A DNA stretch of 39,676 bases from a virus. Taxonomy: Duplodnaviria; Caudoviricetes. Below the pieces are notes generated by a model. The model was not told the origin of the DNA and searched no databases. It was given only the letters and a program-made list of their open reading frames with translations. How positions within the stretch are numbered: position 1 is the first letter of the stretch; the number at the start of each line of letters is the position of its first letter. The stretch is from IMG/VR virus record IMGVR_UViG_3300011441_000023, positions 1 through 39,676 of that record; one strand, 5' to 3'. Positions 14,775 through 22,797 of the stretch are shown here, one piece after another. The translations under genes were made by a program, and so were the position numbers.

Positions 14775-15535
14775 TGGGCTTCCTTCACCGCACGCAGGGC
14801 GGACTCCGTGATGCGGGAGAGGGCGCCGTCACGGGTCGCCTTCGCGGGCGCCACGCTCGGGAAACTCGCGGCAAATTCCCGCCGCCAGAGGTGCACCGGG
14901 TCATCCCCGATCGGCCCCTCCGGCCAGCCATGCTGCCGCGCTTCGTAAAACGCCTTGAGCCGTTGATCCGCCTGCCGTGGTTCTCCCCCAACTGATGCCA
15001 CGAACTGCTGGTGAAGAAAATCAGGGACGCACTTACCCCGACTCGAGCACCAGGCGTGCCGGATGTGATCCCGCGGAAGGGTTCCCGCCAACGCGACCGG
15101 CTCGCGCGCGCGTACGCTGACTGGACCCGGAGATGGGAGATCGGAGACGGATCCGGAGATAGGATCCGGAGGTTGAGGCTTGTTACCAACTCCGTTACTA
15201 TCACCGTTGCTATCGTCGTTACTCTTAGATTGACGATATTTGCGCTGCTTCTCAGACCGCTTCCGAGACTCTGCGAGCACGCCGTCTAACGTCTCATTTC
15301 GCCAGAAGTTGTCCGGCGTGAGTGCGAACCGCTCGAGCACGCGCACACGAATCCGCTTCCAGGACAGCGCGTCTCCGCAGGCCTTCGCTAAAATTCGCTC
15401 GTCATTAGGGATGGCACCCCCGCGAAGGGTGGCTTCGTCGAGAAGATTCCGATAGGCGCCCTGTTCTTCTAAAGTGAGATCGGTGTAGGCCGTGCTCTTG
15501 CGCCAACGGTCAATCCACCACCACAGCGCGATCAT
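14771..15535 (-). CDS. DUF1376/YdaU-like replication initiator
   Basis: LTLEEQGAYRNLLD....GGAIPNDERILAK...WRNETL; low-complexity linker; typical lambdoid O-P position. Confidence 0.8.
   Translation of the reverse strand: MIALWWWIDRWRKSTAYTDLTLEEQGAYRNLLDEATLRGGAIPNDERILAKACGDALSWKRIRVRVLERFALTPDNFWRNETLDGVLAESRKRSEKQRKYRQSKSNDDSNGDSNGVGNKPQPPDPISGSVSDLPSPGPVSVRAREPVALAGTLPRDHIRHAWCSSRGKCVPDFLHQQFVASVGGEPRQADQRLKAFYEARQHGWPEGPIGDDPVHLWRREFAASFPSVAPAKATRDGALSRITESALRAVKEAQ
15182..15229. repeat. Putative origin iterons inside the initiator gene
   Basis: Four tandem imperfect 12-mers GTTACCAACTCC/GTTACTATCACC/GTTGCTATCGTC/GTTACTCTTAGA in a locally AT-richer patch. Confidence 0.5.
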
Positions 15536-15927
15536 TCCCACCGAGCCCCCTTTCGACGGTTGCAGACTTTACAAAGCGCCCGAAGGTTCTCTGGCGTGTC
15601 TTGGCCTCCTCGACAGAATGGGATGATGTGGTCGAGTTCAATCTGGTGAATTGAGCCGCACAGCCGACACACTCGACCGTCACGCTCAAGGACAAGCCGT
15701 CGAATCGACGCTGAGATGTACGGCCGACCTGGCGGCTGTTCGCGCCAATACACCCGCCCAATAAATCGTCTCTGCCATTGCTTGACAGCCTCGCGGTCTC
15801 CGGCCAAAACAGAGCCGACAACGTGGTGGAATAGGCGACCCACCTCTTGAAGGGACATCGCGGCCACTTCAGTGTCGACAAGAAATTCACTAGGATAGAA
15901 CTGAAATGCTGGACTCGCTTCGCTCAC
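15532..15927 (-). CDS. HNH endonuclease with a DUF1376-like N-terminal segment
   Basis: ERDGRVCRLCG...ELDHIIPFCRGGQDTPENLRALCKVCNRRKG; N-terminus PAFQFYPSEFLVD..VAAMSLQEVG. Confidence 0.85.
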   Translation of the reverse strand: MSEASPAFQFYPSEFLVDTEVAAMSLQEVGRLFHHVVGSVLAGDREAVKQWQRRFIGRVYWREQPPGRPYISASIRRLVLERDGRVCRLCGSIHQIELDHIIPFCRGGQDTPENLRALCKVCNRRKGARWE

Positions 15928-16078
15928 AACGCCGCCGCCTTTCCGGTAGATCGTGCCGGTCGCTGTGCGGTTCGTTGGCCAGCCACGCGACGGCTTCCAT
16001 GAAGCAGACGCCATCATTCCGAGACGCATGACTGCCCGCGGTGAGTTGAATCTGGTCGAGATCGAGCACACTCGTCAT
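15890..16078 (-). pseudogene. Probably truncated phage protein (GSH...GxCxMEAVAWLA.EPHSD motif)
   Basis: The recognisable motif is followed at once by low-complexity sequence overlapping the HNH start; AAGGAG RBS. Confidence 0.45.
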
Positions 16079-16087
16079 AAGCTCCTT

Positions 16088-16297
16088 TCACCACACTTCA
16101 ACAGGCCGCGCCGTGCAGCTGCGCTTCGGGCAGACGCCGCGCCGGTAGTCACACCGGTACACCAGGCCGCAGCTGGGGCAGCGCCAGCGCCGCATCGACT
16201 TCGCCTGCAACTTCGGCTCGCCCTGACGATGCACGGCCGTGAACGTCAACGCGGCCGCGTCAGGGTCCGAGCGATAGGTGCGACCGAAGCGCTGCAT
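16088..16297 (-). CDS. Small Zn-ribbon protein
   Basis: WRCPSCG...VCPKRSC; TGATG coupling. Confidence 0.55.
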   Translation of the reverse strand: MQRFGRTYRSDPDAAALTFTAVHRQGEPKLQAKSMRRWRCPSCGLVYRCDYRRGVCPKRSCTARPVEVW

Positions 16298-16593
16298 CAG
16301 CGGCTCCCGCTCGCGGCTTCTACTGCGGCTTCGCGTGACGCTCGACAGCGCCCAGGAAAAATCGGGGCCAATCGTGCCCGTGACTCGGCATACGTTGGCT
16401 GCCAGTGTTCCGCCAGTGGGCCTCTCCCGAACCCCGCGACGACTTCACACCCACACTCGACGCATTCCCAGAGATCCGCATCCCAGAGTTTGTACGGGGC
16501 CCCGTCTTCGAGCAGTTCCTCGACGGTGACGCTGTTCTGTTTGACGCGCATGAAGCGGCCGCACCCGCAGAGAATATTTGAGCTCGTTGGCAT
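16297..16593 (-). CDS. Zn-ribbon protein
   Basis: LCGCGRFMR...WDADLWECVECGCEVVAGFG; TGATG coupling. Confidence 0.7.
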   Translation of the reverse strand: MPTSSNILCGCGRFMRVKQNSVTVEELLEDGAPYKLWDADLWECVECGCEVVAGFGRGPLAEHWQPTYAESRARLAPIFPGRCRASREAAVEAASGSR

Positions 16594-16919
16594 CAGAACT
16601 CCAGTCGTTGTGCTTCCGGCTCACGCGGGACGGGTGGCGCCGCCAGTCGCCACGTAAAGGCGGTCCGTCCAGTGATCCGGCATCGGCGCTTCGCCCCTGT
16701 TGTTACCAAGCCCTTATCCACCAGCGCCGAAATTCTTGGACGTACCCCATTCAGATCAAACACCAGCCCACGTTCCTGCAACGCTCGCGTCAACTCATAG
16801 GCGCTTGGCGGGTCACCACGCCAGTCTGCCAAGGCGTCGAGCACGATCTGTTCGCGCCTGGACAGACTGGGCGTGAGTTCACGCAGGGCGGCGGCGGAGG
16901 TCGTGCGAACCTTCTTCAC
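16593..16919 (-). CDS. Winged-helix DNA-binding protein
   Basis: TTSAAA...REQIVLDAL...SAYEL...NGVRPRISALVDKGLV...RRCRITGRTA..W; GTGA coupling. Confidence 0.7.
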   Translation of the reverse strand: MKKVRTTSAAALRELTPSLSRREQIVLDALADWRGDPPSAYELTRALQERGLVFDLNGVRPRISALVDKGLVTTGAKRRCRITGRTAFTWRLAAPPVPREPEAQRLEF

Positions 16920-17128
16920 GAGTGAAACGTCTCCACGTCCTGCCCCACGTAGTGCTCGAGTGGCATCAGGTTGTGGTACCCACACTCGACGTACCGCCCC
17001 CCCACCAGGCGCATCCCATGCAACGTCACCGGCGTCCCAAAACCCTGCCACCCGCAGACGCAGCGATAGACCGTGTTGCCGTAGGCCCGCTCGCGCTCAT
17101 GTTTGACGTACTCGTGGGTGACGATCAT
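16916..17128 (-). CDS. Hypothetical protein, 70 aa
   Basis: ATGA/GTGA-coupled at both ends; CVCGW motif. Confidence 0.55.
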   Translation of the reverse strand: MIVTHEYVKHERERAYGNTVYRCVCGWQGFGTPVTLHGMRLVGGRYVECGYHNLMPLEHYVGQDVETFHS

Positions 17129-17466
17129 CGGGTGGTCAACCTCATTTCTTCCGTCTGTGCTTTGAGAATGACCTTCAGACTGCGAATCAGTTCAACGAGG
17201 ACCGTCTGCGTGTCCCGCGCCTCCCGTGCGCGTGAAAATTCAGGCGTGGTCTGGGCGCGAATCTTGGCGCGGTTCGCAGCTTCTTCCCCGTCGAGACACT
17301 TCAGCAGGACGTGGGCGTATGCCATATCCGCCTCGCGGATTTCCTCAAGCACGGTCGCGAGTAGCGATGTCAGTTCCGCGAGCAGGTCGCTCGCACGGCC
17401 CGGCGTCAGGTCGCCGCTGCGAATCGCCTTCGCGGCGTCACGCACCAGGTCGCGGACCGTCGTCAC
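17125..17466 (-). CDS. Helical hypothetical protein (possible recombination mediator)
   Basis: All-helical 113 aa immediately downstream of ERF/YqaJ; coupled starts and stops. Confidence 0.6.
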   Translation of the reverse strand: MTTVRDLVRDAAKAIRSGDLTPGRASDLLAELTSLLATVLEEIREADMAYAHVLLKCLDGEEAANRAKIRAQTTPEFSRAREARDTQTVLVELIRSLKVILKAQTEEMRLTTR

Positions 17467-18134
17467 GCGAGCGCCTCTTTCAACACGGTCGGTAAATCCA
17501 CGAGCGTCCGCACGGCGTCATACTCCCGCTGCACCTCGGCCAGAAACGCCAGCGCCGCTTTCTCATACGCCGCCAAGTCCACGTCGCCACGCTTCACGCG
17601 CACCAGGAACGTCTGCAGCGCGAGCGGAAACCGGTCGTCCCACGAAAAGAAGTCGCAATAGTCCGCGCCGGTGACAAACAGGTTGTGTGTGATCTGCGCG
17701 AGATGCTCCGGTGGCACGACACTCGCCCGCAGGTATTTCAGATGCGTCGCCGACTTTGGACATTTGCATTCGAGAATGCCGGCGAAGTCCTCAATATGCC
17801 CATCCAGTGAGCAGCCCATCTTGTGTTCCGTGTGCGCAAGAAAGCCCGACCGCTGCGCCACCTGCCCCGTCAGCGATTCGTAGGCCGCGAAGGCCAGCGG
17901 CTCACAGTCAATGCCGCGCTGCATCGCCGCGTTCACGAACACATCGTCCTGCGGCTGGCCCGTCAACCGTTCACAGACAAGCTGGAGGCGATAGTCCCGG
18001 CGAGCGGCGGCGGCTTCCCCGCTTTTGATCGTGGCGAGCATGTCACCCGCGCGTGAACCCGTGAGGCGCCCACAGCGTGCGATCCGCCACTCGTCGGAGC
18101 GCTGATCGGCGTCGATGATGGTGAAGTTACGCAC
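17463..18134 (-). CDS. YqaJ / lambda-exonuclease family protein
   Basis: QRSDEW...RCGRLTGS, AMQRG..CEP.A, GCSLDG, LECKCP, QITHNLFVTG...CDFFSWDDR. Confidence 0.92.
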   Translation of the reverse strand: MRNFTIIDADQRSDEWRIARCGRLTGSRAGDMLATIKSGEAAAARRDYRLQLVCERLTGQPQDDVFVNAAMQRGIDCEPLAFAAYESLTGQVAQRSGFLAHTEHKMGCSLDGHIEDFAGILECKCPKSATHLKYLRASVVPPEHLAQITHNLFVTGADYCDFFSWDDRFPLALQTFLVRVKRGDVDLAAYEKAALAFLAEVQREYDAVRTLVDLPTVLKEALA

Positions 18135-18738
18135 GGACAGGCTCCCGTTCCGCGGCGAGGGCCTTTAAGCGTTCCCAGCCCGCCTTATTGGTGGCCGTGA
18201 GGTGCTGTCGATAGTCTGGCCGTGCGGCCTTCCACGCCTTTTCGAGCGTGGCCGTGCCCGCCTCGGCGGCGTCTTGCAGGTTGTGCCACCATTCCGCAAA
18301 CCCGGCCGGCACGACGATCTGCGCGGCGCCCATTGGGAGCCGAGGCTTCTCACTCGCGGCGTTGCCGTCGTCGTCCTCTGGTGCGATGCCGACCATCGCC
18401 ATGAGCCCATAGCGCCGGCTGTAGGTGAGCGCCGAGCCGAGCCCCTGCATGTTGTCTTGTGGGAGCATCAGCGGGATGCCGCCGTCCTCGATCCATTGCC
18501 CGGACTTGTGCAAGAGGCGCGTAATCGTCAGCGTCCGGCCCTCGACGGTGACCACCGGCTGAATCACCGAGAGGCCGTTCTTCGACAGGTGCTCCCGGCA
18601 GGCGTCCCAGACCGCTGCGAGATCGGCGTACTTGTTCTTGAAGTGCGGGTTGAGGCTGTCCTTCTTCGCGCCTTCAATCGAACCCTGCGCTGTGGCGAGT
18701 GCGGCGGCCAGCTCGTTGATCTGTTCGGAGGTGCGCAT
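18127..18738 (-). CDS. erf: ERF-family single-strand annealing protein
   Basis: KKDSLNPHFKNKYADL, TRLLHKSGQWI, QGLGSALTYSRRYGL, EDDDGN. Confidence 0.93.
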   Translation of the reverse strand: MRTSEQINELAAALATAQGSIEGAKKDSLNPHFKNKYADLAAVWDACREHLSKNGLSVIQPVVTVEGRTLTITRLLHKSGQWIEDGGIPLMLPQDNMQGLGSALTYSRRYGLMAMVGIAPEDDDGNAASEKPRLPMGAAQIVVPAGFAEWWHNLQDAAEAGTATLEKAWKAARPDYRQHLTATNKAGWERLKALAAEREPVRA

Positions 18739-19011
18739 TTACCCCTCCACCGCGCCGAGATGCGCGCCCTGCGGCTGCAACGTGGCGAACGCTCGCGCGA
18801 CTTCGGCGAGATGGGCCTGGTTCCGCTGGTGTTGCGCAATCGCGCGCTCGGCCAGCGCGAGCCGCCCGTAATGCCCCATCGAGCGCCCGTAGTGCTCCGC
18901 CATGCCAGGCGTCATCGACGGCGGATAGTTCAGGCCATAGCGGAACAACTGAAAGAAGATGTCCGCGTACTGCTCGGCGAGTCCGGGCGTGGTATCCTGT
19001 GTCTTGTTCAT
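18739..19011 (-). CDS. Hypothetical protein, 90 aa
   Basis: ATG ORF abutting the ERF start (TAAATG); supplies the GGAGG RBS for ERF. Confidence 0.6.
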   Translation of the reverse strand: MNKTQDTTPGLAEQYADIFFQLFRYGLNYPPSMTPGMAEHYGRSMGHYGRLALAERAIAQHQRNQAHLAEVARAFATLQPQGAHLGAVEG

Positions 19012-19030
19012 TCCAGTTCTCTATTCATGG

Positions 19031-19060
19031 GGCCCGCGTTCCCGCGCGGGCCTTTCGTTT
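19031..19060 (+). terminator. Intrinsic terminator-like hairpin with its T tail on the plus strand
   Basis: GGCCCGCG-TTCCCG-CGCGGGCC followed by TTTCGTTT. Confidence 0.5.
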
Positions 19061-19118
19061 CTCTAGTTCACCTTGAAGCCGTGGACGTCGGTCTGGCAGA
19101 ACACCGCCAGCGCTATCG

Positions 19119-19439
19119 CTATCTGTGCGGGACCAACCGGAATCGTCGCCGTGGCCGCCAGTGCGTCCGCCACAGTTGCCGAATCCGCCGCGTCTCGACC
19201 GTCACCCCCGCCGTTTCCCGTCCACACCGATGGCAGATCGTGAACAGCCGGTTCGTGTCGCGGTAATCGGTATCCAGATACAGATGACTCTCGTGTCTGG
19301 AGCCACAGCGCCACGCGGTCACAGCCGTCTGTAGCCGACGCCAAGAGCCATGCCCCAGCCGCGCACACGAGACCAAGGACTGCGACCGGGACCACCGCCA
19401 CCGCGATAAGGCAGGCACACGCACGATCAGTGAGGCCAT
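19119..19439 (-). CDS. Hypothetical basic protein with a C/H cluster
   Basis: GGAG upstream of ATG; WRCG..H...ICHRCG. Confidence 0.5.
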   Translation of the reverse strand: MASLIVRVPALSRWRWSRSQSLVSCARLGHGSWRRLQTAVTAWRCGSRHESHLYLDTDYRDTNRLFTICHRCGRETAGVTVETRRIRQLWRTHWRPRRRFRLVPHR

Positions 19440-19457
19440 ACACCAGCGTTCTCCGTG

Positions 19458-19577
19458 TCAATGCAGCGCCACGCCATGCGCCACCCAGCCCGCCACGCCG
19501 GCGAGGAGCGCGACACACACCAGCAACAGCAACCAGGTTTCGTGAAACGTGAGCGGGCGATCGAGAGACTTCAACAT
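19458..19577 (-). CDS. 39-aa single-TM membrane peptide
   Basis: MLKSLDRPLTFHETWLLLLVCVALLAGVAGWVAHGVALH; overlaps the stop of the upstream gene; not in the ORF track. Confidence 0.55.
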   Translation of the reverse strand: MLKSLDRPLTFHETWLLLLVCVALLAGVAGWVAHGVALH

Positions 19578-19915
19578 CGGCGTCTCACCCTCACGACTGT
19601 TTCAATCTCCACGTGATCGCCGCCGAGCTCCGCCAGCGCGATGATGAGTTCCCGCCGAAACGTCTGATGTTCAAAGAGCACGTCCCAGTGGGCCCGCTCG
19701 TCCCCGCTCTCCCACCGCGCCACTTGCCGCTCGTCCCGGCCGACCTTGCCGGCCAGTTCTTTCAGGGACCACTCGCAGCGGTACCGAGCGCGACGAATCG
19801 CCGCCCCCAACAGCGCGCGACACACGGATTGATCCGCTTTTCGGAGATCGGCTTTCGCCACTTTCTCCGCTCTCACGGGTAGCGCCGTCGCTCGCGAAAC
19901 AGGCACGATGCTCAT
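19571..19915 (-). CDS. XRE-type HTH regulator in a CII-like position
   Basis: LGAAIRRAR....WSLKELAGKVGRDERQVARWESG; ATGA-coupled. Confidence 0.75.
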   Translation of the reverse strand: MSIVPVSRATALPVRAEKVAKADLRKADQSVCRALLGAAIRRARYRCEWSLKELAGKVGRDERQVARWESGDERAHWDVLFEHQTFRRELIIALAELGGDHVEIETVVRVRRRC

Positions 19916-20115
19916 GCGACTCGCCTTCGCGCACGCAATCGCGTCAGCACGGCGTCGATGTCGTAGCGACTCACCAACCCGTCGACCGGCACGATGCCGC
20001 GGCGCCGGGCCCAGATGCGAAACGCCGCGCGCGTCGGCCGGCGCGTGTACTCCGCGGCTTCTTGCGTCGTCATCCACGGCGACGGGGTATGGGGCGTCCT
20101 GTCGATCGGCTTCAT
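19912..20115 (-). CDS. Excisionase-like HTH protein (candidate recombination directionality factor)
   Basis: SPWMTTQEAAEY...SRYDIDAVL; second gene of the lytic early operon. Confidence 0.65.
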   Translation of the reverse strand: MKPIDRTPHTPSPWMTTQEAAEYTRRPTRAAFRIWARRRGIVPVDGLVSRYDIDAVLTRLRARRRVA

Positions 20116-20336
20116 GTCGTCGCCTCGTCGGGGTTGAGGCGATCGGGAAGCGGAAACAGTTCAGCGGGTTCGACACCCAGCGCGCGCGCGATGCGCACGA
20201 TGTTTTCGTAAGAGACCGACCCAATCTCGCGCTTGCCGGTCTCGATCAGCGAGATCGTGGAGTGATCAACTCCAGCCCTTTCCGCGAGCTGCTGTTGGGT
20301 AAGACGCGCAATGCGACGGGCCGTTTTGAGTTCCAT
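20112..20336 (-). CDS. cro: Cro-like XRE repressor
   Basis: LKTARRIARLTQQQLAERAGVDHSTISLIETG...IARALGVEPAELF; divergent from cI. Confidence 0.85.
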   Translation of the reverse strand: MELKTARRIARLTQQQLAERAGVDHSTISLIETGKREIGSVSYENIVRIARALGVEPAELFPLPDRLNPDEATT

Positions 20337-20477
20337 AGCTAACTGAATAGTCAAGATACATAAAAACTTGATTGCGGTCAAGCTGATAGTTAGTCTGGGA
20401 TGGGTTTGGCATCTAACGTGTTGACTATGCAATTAGTTAGCGTTGACGACCACGGGCACATTCCAAAGAATGGCCGC
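20337..20477. promoter_or_regulatory. Lysis/lysogeny switch: divergent promoters and operators
   Basis: AT-rich gap. Minus strand: TTGACC-17-TATCTT toward cro. Plus strand: TTGATT-17-TAGTCT and TTGACG-17-AAGAAT toward cI. Inverted repeats GCTAACT..ATAGTCAA / TTGACTAT..AGTTAGC and TTGA-N6-TCAA. Confidence 0.75.
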
Positions 20478-20990
20478 ATGACGACAGAGGAGCGGAAGAA
20501 GATCGGCAAGCGCCTCAAGACGCTGCGGATTGAAGCGGGCCTTGATCAGATCGAGGTGGCGAAGAAGGCGAAGGTGGCGATCGGGACGCTCCAGTCGATC
20601 GAAAGCGCGTGGCGCGAGGTGCGCGATTCTAACGTTGAGAAGGTCGCAAAGATTTTCAAGACGTCACTGCGCCAGCTGCTCCAGGCGGACGAGACGATTG
20701 CGGCGGCGGATCCGCTCCTCGCTGATCTCAACCGGGAAGACTTACACGTGGCGCGCGGGTACCATCACGCGACCACGCTCGTGCGGCAACGCGTGCAGCA
20801 ACTGATTCGCGATGGCGAGTCCGATCTTGTGTCGGGCGTGGCGGTGAAGCTGAGTCTCGTGTTGAGCCAGGTCTCGCTCGACAAGCAGCGCGAACTACTG
20901 AATGCGGTCGTCGGCGTTATCGATGCCGCGCTGCGGAATGACAAGGTGTCTGACACCGGATCTGTAATTCGGCCGACAGGATCGAAATGA
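20478..20990 (+). CDS. CI-like immunity repressor (XRE HTH, no S24 peptidase domain evident)
   Basis: IGKRLKTLRIEAGLDQIEVAKKAKVAIGTLQSIES...VEKVAKIF; divergent from cro and upstream of the integrase. Confidence 0.85.
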   Translation: MTTEERKKIGKRLKTLRIEAGLDQIEVAKKAKVAIGTLQSIESAWREVRDSNVEKVAKIFKTSLRQLLQADETIAAADPLLADLNREDLHVARGYHHATTLVRQRVQQLIRDGESDLVSGVAVKLSLVLSQVSLDKQRELLNAVVGVIDAALRNDKVSDTGSVIRPTGSK

Positions 20991-21059
20991 GAAATTTATT
21001 TGGTACTACGACGAACGCGTCCGATAGACTGGGACACCGAACAACTTTCAAGTGGGTGA

Positions 21060-21266
21060 GTGGTGGCGCATCGCGTGCTTCAGTTCGACTCGGGACGACC
21101 ATTGTCCGATCTTGCGCCAGACGAGGTGGGCCCGACAGTGGTGCGCATCGCCAACTACATGCAAGTGTTAGCGATTCGACGCCCGCATTCGGTATTCGCG
21201 CTCGAGCGATTCCTCAAGTCGCTCGTCGACGCCATTCCCCCAGACGACCATTCGGCCGCCTCGTAG
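21060..21266 (+). CDS. Hypothetical protein, 68 aa
   Basis: GGTGAG upstream of GTG; protein-like composition; lies between cI and int. Confidence 0.5.
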   Translation: MVAHRVLQFDSGRPLSDLAPDEVGPTVVRIANYMQVLAIRRPHSVFALERFLKSLVDAIPPDDHSAAS

Positions 21267-21411
21267 CGCCCACGCTCATCGCGCCGGCGAAATAGGGCGA
21301 TGGCGCGCGTGTTGCCGTTCGTGCGTGGTGTGATCCAGGCGCCACAGTGGCGGCTCCTCTTTGGACGAGGCCCCGGGCTCACCATTCAGATCGAGAGGAA
21401 CGATCGCGGCC

Positions 21412-22527
21412 ATGACGAAGCCCAAAGGCCTGCGCGGGATCGAAACGACGGCGACGGGGTACCGCGCGTACGTCCGCGTGAAAGGGTTCCCCCTCAAGAC
21501 GAAACGCTTTAGGCATCCGGTCGACGTCGCCGAGGTCCGACTGTGGCGCGAGACGACGAGGTCGAAGCTCATCGTTCGACGTGAGGAGCAGATCGCCGAC
21601 GCACCCACGCCGGAGACGTTTCGCGCCGACGTGCCGCGGTACCTCCCAGCCGTGAAAGCCCTACCCAGCTACACCGAGCGCGTGCGCGACATCTCGATCT
21701 GGTTGCCCGTCTTCGACACCACGCCCAGTCTGGAGATCGACGCGCTCACGATCCGGACGATGCGCGACCAGTGGCTCACGGTGGGCCCGCGCTGGGTACA
21801 GAAGAAGGGCGGCCGCGTCCTCGTCAACAAACCGCTCGCCGCCGGCACCGTCAATCATCGGCTGCGCGCGCTGTCAAACTTCTTCACCGTGCTCTATCCG
21901 AAACACGACAATCCGGTGAAGGACGTCGAGGAGGCCGACGCCGGCGAACCCGTGCCGCGCAGCGTGTCATATGTCGTAATCAAGGCCGTCTTGAAGGCCA
22001 TGACCGATCAGGGGCGCGCGCTGAAGGACCAGCTGCGCGAGGACTTCTCGGCCGCGAAGGTGCGCGCCCACTGTCTCGCCTGGAGCGGCGTCACCCCGAC
22101 CGAGCTCGAGCGGCTGCAGCCGGCCGACAACCGCTGGCGCGAGAATCTCATCATCGTCGGCGCCAGGCGCAAGGGCCGCGGGGCGCCTGGCCGGGTCGTG
22201 CCGCTGACCAAGGAAGGCCGCGCGGCGTTCCGTGAGCTCCACCGCCGCGCGCTGTACGGCGAGTTCAACGTCGGCGTCGTCAATCGTGCGCTCGCGCTCG
22301 CGTGCGAGGCGGCGCAGCTCCCGCGCATCACGTGCTACACGTTCCGCCACAGCTACATCACCGGCGTCGTGCGCGCGACGAAGAACCTGAAGCTGGGCGG
22401 GATGCTGGCCGGCCACCGCGACGATCGCACGACGCACCGGTACCGCATGGCGGCCGAGCTCGAGGTGCTCCAGCACGGCGTCGGCCGTTTCGGGAAAGCA
22501 GTCGGGGGGCGAAAGCGGAGAGCCTAG
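21412..22527 (+). CDS. int: Tyrosine integrase
   Basis: Arm-binding N-terminus (GYRAYVRVKG), AGTVNHRLRALSNFF, NPV, GRVVPL, YTFRHSY, LAGH...TTHRY; adjacent to attP. Confidence 0.9.
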   Translation: MTKPKGLRGIETTATGYRAYVRVKGFPLKTKRFRHPVDVAEVRLWRETTRSKLIVRREEQIADAPTPETFRADVPRYLPAVKALPSYTERVRDISIWLPVFDTTPSLEIDALTIRTMRDQWLTVGPRWVQKKGGRVLVNKPLAAGTVNHRLRALSNFFTVLYPKHDNPVKDVEEADAGEPVPRSVSYVVIKAVLKAMTDQGRALKDQLREDFSAAKVRAHCLAWSGVTPTELERLQPADNRWRENLIIVGARRKGRGAPGRVVPLTKEGRAAFRELHRRALYGEFNVGVVNRALALACEAAQLPRITCYTFRHSYITGVVRATKNLKLGGMLAGHRDDRTTHRYRMAAELEVLQHGVGRFGKAVGGRKRRA

Positions 22528-22549
22528 TTACCAGCTAAGTCACCAGCGC
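22526..22549. repeat. attP arm-type sites, left pair
   Basis: Tandem 12-mers AGTTACCAGCTA AGTCACCAGCGC. Confidence 0.7.
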
Positions 22550-22583
22550 TGGAATTATTAGAATTATGACGACTGATCACATC

Positions 22584-22628
22584 CTCCGGAGCTGTAGGCC
22601 ACAGGTTCGAATCCTGTCGGGCGCACCA
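22584..22628 (+). other. attP: attP core: 3' half of tRNA-Arg(CCG)
   Basis: CTCCGGA anticodon loop, GCTGT, T-arm CAGGTTCGAATCCTG, TCGGGCGC-A-CCA; the 5' half of the tRNA is absent; immediately downstream of int. Confidence 0.88.
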
Positions 22629-22698
22629 TATTTTCGAACGATTTCACCGTTCGGGCATCTCACCGACGGCACGCCAGCGAACGAAACAGGACGGCGAA

Positions 22699-22722
22699 AG
22701 TTACCGGCGCAGTTACCAGCGC
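22699..22722. repeat. attP arm-type sites, right pair
   Basis: Tandem 12-mers AGTTACCGGCGC AGTTACCAGCGC, matching the left pair. Confidence 0.7.
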
Positions 22723-22797
22723 GTAGGACGACGTCTCTCGCCTGCGGTCCACGAAACGATCTATCCTCTGCCACCTTCTCCCGAAAGGAATCTGCCG

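Noticed and set aside
22560-22628. Phage-encoded tRNA-Arg gene
   Set aside because: Only the anticodon loop to CCA is present; upstream sequence cannot form the D-arm or acceptor stem, so it is the attP core.
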